From Wallemia ichthyophaga EXF-994 (lineage: Eukaryota; Fungi; Basidiomycota): 32,000 nucleotides of DNA. The position numbers were made by a program, and so were the translations under genes. Below the pieces are notes generated by a model. It was not told where the DNA came from, did no database searches, and saw only the letters and a program-made list of their open reading frames with translations. Below, one piece after another: positions 1 through 10,100 of this stretch. Location: positions 120,001 through 152,000 of the forward strand of contig NW_008806283.1 of NCBI RefSeq assembly GCF_000400465.1. Direction: 5' to 3'. Position 1 is the stretch's first letter, and every line of letters begins with the position of its first letter.

Positions 1-149
1 GAGAGTATTAAATGGTGGATTCGATATTTGTTACAATACTAATGAATCAACGACAATACACTTGACAGTAGAGAACGCAATTTACAACAAATTTAATTTT
101 ACAATTATTTCAATCTTATCTGCATTCGTCATCGTATTCTCGACTCAAA

Positions 150-662
150 ATGGGCAATTCAACTTCTAAAGCGGTGAGAAGACTCCCAAAAACTCAATCA
201 AAACAAGTACCGAAGGCAACTGAATCTTTAGATAGATTGAAGAATCCTAGCACTTCACATGATGAGCCACACACAAAACCAAATGCAGCCATGAAAGATG
301 GCCAAGATCCAGATTTTATGAATAATTTGTCAAAAATTGATCCAGTTAAGATTGAGAAAGCTCAAACAAATTTTAGACCTTCAGATAAGATGATCAACAT
401 TTTGAGAGGCAGGAAGGTGGAGAGCGAGGTGGATAACGCAGCAATGGCGTATAATAGGCTATCTCCTCAGTCTTTGTTGGTTTACTTGGAGGAGCGTAAG
501 AATGGCGGTGATGTTGGGCAGCTTAATAGATCATTCAACGTTAACGACAGTGACGCTGAAATCATTGAGAAATACACAGCAGCACCAACAACAGGCACTC
601 CGTTTACAGTCAAAGTCGATGAAAATTCTGGTGAAATCCAAAGAGTCATCGTATCTTTGTAA
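150..662 (+). CDS. Hypothetical protein (170 aa) with a possible N-myristoylation motif
   Basis: Single-exon ATG..TAA ORF flanked by AT-rich intergenic DNA. The N-terminus MGNSTS fits the MGxxxS myristoylation consensus. No domain recognised. Confidence 0.75.
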   Translation: MGNSTSKAVRRLPKTQSKQVPKATESLDRLKNPSTSHDEPHTKPNAAMKDGQDPDFMNNLSKIDPVKIEKAQTNFRPSDKMINILRGRKVESEVDNAAMAYNRLSPQSLLVYLEERKNGGDVGQLNRSFNVNDSDAEIIEKYTAAPTTGTPFTVKVDENSGEIQRVIVSL

Positions 663-857
663 TCTCTTTGCCCAGATTTAATTAGTTACGCACGCACAGA
701 TACACGTTCAGCCAAACAGAGACAGCTACAGCCTTGTATAATTATATTTGAATTTTATTTTATTTGAGTATTCCGCGCAGTCTCGATCAAATCGATCGAA
801 GCGCTTTTAATAGAATCCCGCTTCAGCCACCATTCCTCTTAATCCACAACTTCCATT

Positions 858-2050
858 ATGGTCCTCCTTAAAACAGCAACAACGCTGCTCGCTGCAACAG
901 CCGCTTACGCTTGGAACCACACGGCATCTGATGTTATCGCCACAGGAAGTTAGTCCCGCTTCTGTACCACTTGTGACACATCCTTACATGTCAAACAGCA
1001 ATGGGTACCACCAACCCTCCAGAGGCAACGATGGGCACAGAACTTAACCAAACCTCGGTAGCCCGTCTTGTCTCCATTAACTCCATCGACGATTTCTGTT
1101 TCTTCGGTCCAAAAGAGGCAAATGTAACCATCGGTGACACTGAAGGTGAACAAGTCGCCTGGTGTACTAAGCCACGTAACAACGCACGTGTTATCCCAGA
1201 TGGCACTATTACCTCTACGCACTTTGTTAAGACCCCCGCTTACGTCCAAGTTTCTGGGTGAGTTGTGGTGTCTCGGTAAGTAATTTTGCTAAAACAACTT
1301 AGTTTCGGTGATTTGACAAAGATCGGTGTTAAAGACGGTGACTACGGTGGTGAGCTTGACCCACACGGTGCTACTGGCGATGGTAACCCAGTTGGTGGTA
1401 ACGTTACTTCGGACATTGTCAACGGTACCTCTACTTCTTACGCTGAGTGGATGGAATTCATCTCATACGAGCAATTCTGTATCAGAATTTGTACAGCAAG
1501 CAACGACACTTGGGGTGCTCCAGTCATGTGCGAGCACAAATTAGATGAAATGGGTTGCGGTTTCGTTATGCCAGATGCAGGTGACAGTGATGTCTTTGAG
1601 ACCTGTGATGCTGACGTTGCTTACCCACCTGGTGTTTACCCTATAGATGGCTCTTACTCCACTTTCGCTCAAAGATACACTGGTAGCTACTCCTCAGGTA
1701 CCACTGGTGCCATGGTCGGATACACTGTCGGTGTTACTGACACTCCAACCGCCGCACAAATGACCCCATCCTCATCCAACTGTGTCACTCAATCATCCCT
1801 TGCTGGCAACAACGTCGATGTCTCAGCTACTGGCGTCATTGAAGATAACAGAGACGACGATTCGGACTCAAACAGTGACCCTGACAGCAATAAATCCGAC
1901 AAAAGCAACCCTGACGGCAACGATGGTGGCTCCACCGGCAGCGGCCAAACCAGCGCCAACGCTGGCGACGGCGATTCTAGCGCTACCACCTTCACTGGTT
2001 TCGCCACCGTCTCAGCTATCGCTTTGGCTGTGCTCGCAATTGCCCTCTAA
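858..2050 (+). CDS. Secreted GPI-anchored mannoprotein resembling Cryptococcus MP88 / 'macrophage-activating glycoprotein' (~365 aa)
   Basis: Exons 858-948, 999-1257 and 1303-2050; introns GTTAGT..CAG (50 bp) and GTGAGT..TAG (45 bp) join in frame. Signal peptide MVLLKTATTLLAATAAYA; conserved block RLVSINSIDDFCFFGP..VAWCTKPRNNARVIPDGT..FVKTPAYVQVSG..GGELDPHG; Ser/Thr/Asp/Gly stalk; hydrophobic C-terminal GPI signal (FATVSAIALAVLAIAL). Confidence 0.88.
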
Positions 2051-2307
2051 GATAAATTGACTTTTGCTAAGACATGAGTGGGACGCTCTGTCTGCTTTCA
2101 CAACCTATTTTATACTTTCTTGACCATATAACAACATCCGATTGCACTGGATAAACAGAACAATGAAATCTTGTTTCTTTATACACGTTCACTCATTATT
2201 GACGAATTTTATTGTGCAATTCTTGTCGACATATCGTATTCACAGTCTATCGAGCTGAGCGTTGTTTGGTTGATACAATTACTCATGGCATGTACACTTG
2301 ATTTATC

Positions 2308-2562
2308 ATGTCATATTACACCCGTGAGTGTCTCAGACTTATCTAGCATTGGCAATATCATTCCCTAGACATCTTTGTCATGCGCTTCGAGCCACATCTT
2401 CTCCGACTTGTCCAGCAACCCAAAGTCGATGAGACGTTTGTCGATTTGAACCTGAGTCCAGCGGTTGTATTACAGCCAGCCTTCTTTTGCGGCCGCCCGA
2501 ACAGCGACGACAACCTCGATGCGCATGCCGAATCTCTTCGCATTCTCGTGTCCGCTGAATAA
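2308..2562 (+). CDS. Putative small spliced protein (69 aa), unknown function
   Basis: ATG at 2308 in atcATGtc context. A 45-bp intron GTGAGT..CCCTAG (2324-2368) joins MSYYTH in phase to IFVMRFEPHLLRLVQQPK...VSAE*. No homology recognised. Confidence 0.45.
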
Positions 2563-2617
2563 ACCTACTCGACGCGCTAATACCAGACTAAAAGTGAGAC
2601 TAATAAAATTGAGTAGA

Positions 2618-2625
2618 TATAAAAG
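2618..2625 (+). promoter_or_regulatory. TATA box upstream of the hydrophobin gene
   Basis: TATAAAAG lies about 55 nt upstream of ATG 2678, followed by an A/C-rich leader. Confidence 0.55.
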
Positions 2626-2677
2626 TCAAAAACGCTCCTGATATAATACTACAATCAAACACACTTTGAATCTCACA

Positions 2678-3039
2678 ATGATTGCTCAAACTGTCTTCGC
2701 TGCTGCCCTCGTCGCCTCTGTCTCAGCTGGCTGGGAATCCAAGACCGGCTCATGTAACACTGGTAAACTCTCGTGTTGCGATTTGAACAAAAAGGTTCAA
2801 AAGTCAACCGGTGAAGAATCAGGCCTCCTCCACACTGGCGACGTTCTCGACCAAGTCGGTGTTCAATGTACTCAAGTCCCCCTCTTGATCGGAGTTGCTA
2901 TAGAGGGTAAGTAGATGCTCCTGTTTCACAGCACAATTAATAGCCCACAGATGAATGCAAAAACACTCCCACGTGCTGTGAAGACGTCAAGGAAGATGGT
3001 CTCGTTGGTGTCAACTGCACTCCAATCCCTCTCATTTAA
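2678..3039 (+). CDS. Class I hydrophobin (105 aa)
   Basis: Exons 2678-2906 and 2951-3039, intron GTAAGT..CACAG (44 bp). Signal peptide MIAQTVFAAALVASVSA. Eight Cys in the pattern C-X6-CC-X29-C-X14-C-X5-CC-X12-C. Confidence 0.95.
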
Positions 3040-4007
3040 TAGGTCGTTTACCTTAATTTGTTTAATTTACCATTAGATAGCAATCAATATGCGTTATTTA
3101 CTTCGATGTCTTGTTATTATTCACTTTAGTGCACCTACGAAAAGCACTACAAATGGTCGATTAATCTGATAATTATAATAGTGCATAGCCCATGGAATAA
3201 TGGCGTTTACGCCACCGAGCCTGCTTTAGCTGCTGTTGCGCAGTTTGTGTTATGCACGGCAAGTGATTTTGAGTTGAAAAATAGATTCGAAGTCCACGGT
3301 TATATTATTTTAATCTCTGAATCTACGAAGCCTCAACCATCTCTCCACAATCATTATCAATTTCCCCCAAATGCACCTGGTAAAGTCGAGCTTCCAGTTT
3401 CCAGAGTTGAGCTGAACCCCAATTTTACACTTCAAAGTGAGAGGAGAGTCAAAAATATCTTAGCTTTTCCTCGGTGCTAGGTTTGAGTCCTGTGGTCCGT
3501 AGACCTTGGAAAGCAGAACACGCGTCTAAAAAGGTGAATACTTGGATATTTGGGCATAAGCGATACCTGTCCGCTCTTTACGCTTATAGACAATGAATTT
3601 GCGCGCAATTTCCTGCGTTTGCTCGGTTTCGTGCTCCATAGTGATGCTGAATCCAACTTGTGCCTTGCCTTAATAGCAATAACAGAACCGAAAAGCTTTG
3701 AATTTTGCAACCTTCTTAAAGCTCGCCCAGAGCTATGATGGAATTCCTTTTATTTGAAGATTTCTTAAAGAGGAATCGCCTATGTTCATCTCAGCCCTTT
3801 GTTGGCCAGTTGAAGATCAAGTTGAGCTGATTTCATCCACTCAAGTCAAGCAGAAATCAATTCATTGAAAATGCTAAACTGAACAAACAACAAACCTATT
3901 TAGAGCACAAATAAATGTCTAATAGGTGATTATAAAAATATACATCTGTAAGTGGAACATAAACTAAATTGCAAGTATTTGCATTTAACGAGTGAGCAAT
4001 TATTATA

Positions 4008-4056
4008 CTAAGAACAGAGTCAGCTATGATACGGCTGCGCATATACCATTACTTAC
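4008..4056 (-). other. Consensus spliceosomal intron outside any CDS (probable 3'-UTR intron of the giant gene)
   Basis: Minus strand reads GTAAGT...GCTGAC...TTCTTAG, 49 bp, matching the size of the other introns. It starts 69 nt after the stop at 4126. No open frame spans it. Confidence 0.55.
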
Positions 4057-4125
4057 CTAGGTATATACACGAATTAATAAAAACAAGTAACGAGAGTAAT
4101 AAGTCTGGGGTATTAACATACGCGA

Positions 4126-7100
4126 TTAGCGTGGTTGAGATGGCAATGGCGGTGGGGCAAAGTTTACTGGTGGCTGCCAGCTAAGCCAAGCTGGTGGTGG
4201 TGGTTGGGCTGGATCTTTTGGCTTGTCATCCTTTTTGTTGTTCTCTTTGGCAGGTGGTGCACGAGGATTGTAATCAACCTTTGGCGGAGGTGGTGCGCCG
4301 TTGCCCTGCTTTGACTTGATGGCGAATAATTCACTAATTTCGTGTTGAAGGCCTCTCTTTTGTTCTCTGAGATCGCCAATTTCCTTCACCAAGCCTCGTA
4401 CTTCTGGCAACAGTTGCTTCTTAAACTCATCAACAGCTGTATCGATATTTCCTTTCATAGCAGTAGCATTAGACTTTTCGACGCTGCCAACGGTACTTCT
4501 ATGTTGAGATGTGTTATGCAGAATAATATCAGATGCAACGACCTTTAGCAATTTGCTGTTTTCATCATTTTGATGCTCTATCATATCGCGAATGTCCTGT
4601 AAAGTTGGCTTTGAAGAGGCCTGCTTTAGTCTATCTGCTTCAGCGGTCGTAAATGACGTTAATTGCTTGAGCGAATCAGCAATTAACTTGTGGTGTTCAT
4701 TACGCATCTTGTTAACATCTCCCAGCTGAGATTCTAGTTTCGATCTCTCAGCTTCAGCATCCTTTACTTTCTGCTGTAACTCAGCCTTCTCCTTTTCTGC
4801 ATTTTTATTTCTCTCTTCAGAGAGTGCCCTTTCAACAGCAAGTATTTCATTCAGTTTCTGTGAAATTGTGAGTAAAAAGAACGGCTCCCTTTGGAAAATA
4901 CCTACGCTGTGAGCATCATCACGTTCCTTTGATGCAGTGTTTGCCTTATCCTCAAGAGCACCTCTTTCAGCATCGCTCATTCCAGTAGCTGGTGCTTCCT
5001 TGGCAGCCTCCTTTGAAGGCTCACCAGGGAATGCTTTACTGAGGATATCCAAGATAGAATCAATACCAGGATCGCGACGATGTTGACCATTGGTAGCATC
5101 ATTGAGCACATTTTCCACCTTCTGGGCGGCTTCTGGAAGATCAGTAGAGTTTGGATCCGCAGATCCTGCGCCTGGTGTTTGAGGTACATCACTGAGTGCT
5201 CTGGTGGTACCTGCTGGTGAAGGGCCTTTGGTACCTGGTTCAAAAGCAGCGGCTTCGTCAGGAGCTTGTGAAGCATCGCCAAATGTTGATGGATCGCCTC
5301 CAGTGGCGACATCTTGTACCTTGTCGACAGGATCCTCAGAGCCTGGCTCAGTACCAACATTGCCCATGCTCATGGTTTCACCATCTCCAGAACTGTCCTT
5401 TTTGCCCTTCTTGCCTTTACTACCCTTTCCACCTTTTCCGCCATTTCCACCGGAAACTGGAGCAGAGCCATCAGCAGCTGGAATGTCAGCAACTGGTGGA
5501 GCACTGTCATCGCCTGAAGCTTGAGGAGCGTCACTGAACGCATTGTCCTTGGCTGGTGAGCCTAATACTGGATGTACATGGTTATCACCTGGAGCTTGAG
5601 GTGCGTCACTGAGTGCTCTAGTAGTACTCGCTGGTAAGGGGCTTTTGCCGTTCGCGTCAGAGAAACCTGGTGGGATTTCATTCGCGGTGGCTTCTTGTTC
5701 GGCAGGAGCTTCAGCGTCTGGCTCAGTGCCAACTTTACCAATGCTGTTGACCTCATCGCCCTTTTTGCCCTTGCTACCCTTTCCACCTTTTCCACCAGCA
5801 ACTGGAGCAGCGCCATCACTCGCTGGCGTTTCAGAAACTGGTGGGATACTGTCACCACCTGAAGCTTGCGGAGCATCACTTAGCACGTTATCGTGTGCTG
5901 GCGAGCCTAACATAGGAGGGAAATTAGCGTCTTCTGGAGCTTGTGAAGCATCGCCAAGTGCTCTTGTGGAACCTGCTGGTGAAGGGTCTTTGACGTTTGC
6001 GTCAGGATATTCTGCGGTGATTTTGTCTTGTGCTTGGTCAGAAGGAACTGCAGCGTCTGGTTCACTTCCAATATTGCCCATACTCCTGACTTCGCCATCT
6101 CCGGCACTGTCCTTCTTGCCCTTCTTTCCTTTTCCTTTCTTTCCACCTTTACCACCGGCTATTGGAGCAGCGCCATCAGCACCTGGCGTTTCTGCAGCTG
6201 GAGGAACACTTCCATCGCCTGGAGCTTGTGAGACATCACCGAGCACGTTGTCATGGGCTGGCGAACCAAACATGGGAGGGAAACTGTCATTCGCCGAGTC
6301 TTGTGGGGCGACGCCAAGTGCACCGGCAGTATCTCCTGGTGAAGGACCTTTACTTCCTGGTTCAGCAAACTTAACATTTCCAGGTTCTTGTGGAGCATCG
6401 CCAAGCGCTCTAGTAGAGCCTGCAGGTGAGGGTCCCTTACCATTTGAGTTGGAGTCACCTACTAGATTCCCACCAGCAGCGGCTTCTTGTTCAGCAGGAG
6501 GCGCAGGGGGTGCAACGTCTGGCTCACTCCCAACATTGCCCATGCTCCTAGCTTCTCCACCTCCACTACTGTCCTTCTTGCCTTTCTTGCCCTTACTACC
6601 CTTTCCACCTTTTCCACCGGCAAATGGAGCAATTCCATCAGCGTTGCTCCTGGCTGGGGAGCCGAAGACTGGAGATACGCCAGGCTGAAGACTGAGAGGT
6701 ACATCATGTTGTTGATCACCACCCGGAGTAGGCAGACGCGTGATTTCTGCGATTCTTGTTAATCATTGCTACGCTAACAAGCTTTACGTACCATTTCCAG
6801 CAGCATTTTGTGGTTGAGCATCTGAGTTTTGTGGCGCATCACCGAGGGTTCCTGCCTCACCAGCATGATTTCCCGTGGGAGATTGAGAGCTATTAGGCTG
6901 AGAAGCATCACCGACGAATGGCGGATCAGCTGGTGTTTCAGCTTGAGGAGCGATACCTCTATCAGACTGTGGAGGAGCTTCACTAGCTGCTTTCCCAGGT
7001 TGAGGAACATCACTGCCGACCGAAGCATCGTTTGCGGCAGTGCTTGGAGGAACAGTGCTTGGAGGGGCGGCACTACCAGGAGCATTACTAGAACCCTTAC

Positions 7101-10100
7101 CAGACTGAGGAGCATTGCTGCCACCTTTTACAGATCTGCTGCCACCCTTGCTAGATCCAGGCGCCTTACCGGCAGGTTTCCCGGGCGGTGGAGCATTGCT
7201 GCCGAGTTCAGTTGGCGCAGAAGAAAACCCTACTTTTCTGTCCTGGGGAATACCAGATTCAGGACCATCTTCGAGCTCTACACCCTGGCCGACAGGGGAT
7301 GGGACGTGGCTTGGAGCCCCATGGTTAGGCCCGACATTGCTAGCTGAGTGAGAAGGAGCAATACCATCCGGAGCCTGGCTGCCAGGGTCAGCTGGCCCGG
7401 AGCCAAGGTTTCTATCTGAGGGAGGAGCACCACCGAGTTCACCATCCTGGCGGTAAGGTGATCCAGCGTAACTTGGAGCGGCATGACTTGGAGCATGACT
7501 TGGAGGAACGTTGCTATCCGCATGAGTTGGTGCTTGCTCCTGTGGTGGATATTCATTTGTATCAGCACCTAAGGTAGCTTCACCTGGAGGCGGTGATCCG
7601 GCTTGAGTGCCAGCGTGACTACCAACGCCGTGACTTGCCGGTGGCTTCTGAGGCGAACCTCTACCTTTGCCTTTTCCTAGAAGCTTGTTGAGTCCTGGAA
7701 TCTCCTCTGAGAATGGCTTATTAGATCTAAGAGCTGCGAATGGTGGTCCCTTCTCTCCTGAATTTTCTTTACCTTCAGGCCTGCCTCCAGTGGATCTGAC
7801 AGCTCCGTCATCAGGAAGCACTGCACCTACTTCGCCTTCAGGTTTGCCTCCCATGGATCTGGCATCACCTTCATCAGGAAGCACTGCACCTTCTCCTTCC
7901 GGATTCATGCCTTGGGGTTTCCCATCTACAGATCTAGGACCACCCTCATCAGGAAGTGACGCACCTTGATCGTGTTGACCGTGTTCAGATGGCAATTGCG
8001 ATCCAGTCGCCTCATTCTTATGCAATCCTCGCATCGTATCGGCAGGGGGGGTAAATGAGGAACAATATCAGCAAGATCTGGATCTTCCTCACCAGCGTTA
8101 GAAGGGTCTCCCATTCCACGAGAGCCGCCTGATGGATCGGCCATACCACGAGATTCGCCCGATGGGTCAGGCATACCACGAGAACCGCCTGACGGATCAC
8201 CCATTGAGTGAGGCTCTTGGCCATTAGTAGGTGTAATACCACGAGATGCTCCGGAAGGACCGGGCATAGTATGAGGGTCGGCCGCGGTCGACGGCGCCAA
8301 TCCGCGACTGTCACCAGGTGGAATACCCCTCGAGCTATTAACTGAATCGCGAACATCGCGCAGTACTACCTCCATCTCCTTGATTTGGCGCTGAACAGGA
8401 CCCCACTCGTTGATCTTGGCTGACACCTCTCTCTCGAGCCAATTGTTGAGTGCCCTGTGGCGTTGTCAGACAAGAGGTAATGAGATAATCGACAATTGGA
8501 CTTACCCCAGATATCTATCTGCATCCATCTGGTGTCTCAGAATCTCTTCCGTATTCCATCCAGCTCTTCTTGTATTGTACAGCGTTTCGTTGACTGAATG
8601 TGAATAATTAGATAAAGGCTGCATTCCAGAATAATCACTCACAGCCTGGATGGAAATCAGAGCCGAATCGGAGAGGTATACCCATCCCTCCAGGTGGGAC
8701 ACCCGGCGGAGGCATTTGCATAGGTCTTGCAAATGAACCGCCTCTCATGCCATCCATCATAGGAGAAGGCCTGAACGTGGGATTAGGTCTGAACGTGGGG
8801 TTGTTTCTCATTGGGGCTGATCCATTCATTGGCATAGGACCAGCACCATGCATTGGGCCTGCGCCCATACCAGCAGGTCTCATCAGTGGTGGACGATATG
8901 GTGCACCACCCATCTGCGGAGGAAGCATTGGAGGATGGAATCCCCTCAAATTGTTCGCAGCTGGTCTGACGAATCCGTTAAAGTTAGGTGGCGGTCTAAA
9001 CCCGCCTCTGACATTGTATGGCATAGGCATGGCCATATGAGGTCCTCTCATCATTGGCGGTCGGCCTGGCATTGGCATAGCCATTCCATTGGGTCTGATA
9101 GGCGGAGGTCTGTTGAGACGTTCGAGAGGAGGTTTGAAATCGTGAGTATTGCTTTCCTTCTCAGTCCGTGGATATCCGCCTTCATTAACTTGTATTCTTG
9201 GTGTTGGCTGACGCTCTGGAACTGGATCTGGCACTGGTTTCTGCAATGTCTCTCGTGGTAGCTCTTCAAGGTATCCCTGTTCGAGCGGTGGGCCAGGTTC
9301 TGGATCGTAGACATCGGGGTACATGACATCGTCGTACTCCTCATCCGCCGTTTCAGTAGAAACACTTGAGAGCGACTTGGCAGGTGGTGACTCAGACCTC
9401 GCCCACCGTCTGCGCGAAGTGAAGTCCCTCTCGGCTCTTGACAAGTGAGGAACCTCAGGCTCCGAATATTCGTGAGATGCGTATATAGGCGGAGTTGGGA
9501 GGGGTCCCATTAGATCCCTCATGGATATTGAGTCATGCGGGTACATGTCATCCACGCTAGGCTGAACCTGCTCGACAGCCGGTTTTTGCGTTACTGTCGA
9601 GCTAGATGCTCCATCATCCAGCTCCGCATCTAAATCAGCACTTAGTTCCTCTCCATCGTCGTCAAACGGATGTTCTGACATCATGTCTGGCCAGCTGGAT
9701 ATACTTGAAGCACCACCCTTAGTGAAGTGTCCTTTAAAAGGAGTAAGTAAGGCTGACTTAGGAGAGATTTTTACCCACTGATTAAATTTCTGACAAGATT
9801 CTCCAATCTTAACATATGAGCGTTGTTTCGCTCCTCGTTGGCATCTCTGATACGCTTATCACTCCCAGTAGAATCGAGAGCATCGCGGCAGACATCAATG
9901 AGTCCATTTACCTTATTCTCCAAATCGTGAATAGGCTTGTCATCATGTACTGGCGGTGGAGGGATGTATGACATACTTGACTTCTTCCTCACATCGCGAA
10001 GAAGATCACCGGACCTGTTATCAAAGCTTTCGGGTTTAGGCTCAGACGGGAGATCAGGCACTGATTGATTATCCGTAAGCTTGCCCTCGGTTGTGACAGA

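Noticed and set aside
5196-6762. Long plus-strand ORFs (e.g. 5645-6688, 347 aa) antisense to the giant gene
   Set aside because: They are shadows of the Gly/Pro/Ala/Lys-rich repeat codons and mirror the repeat (FLPFLP is antisense KGKK). They have no independent features.
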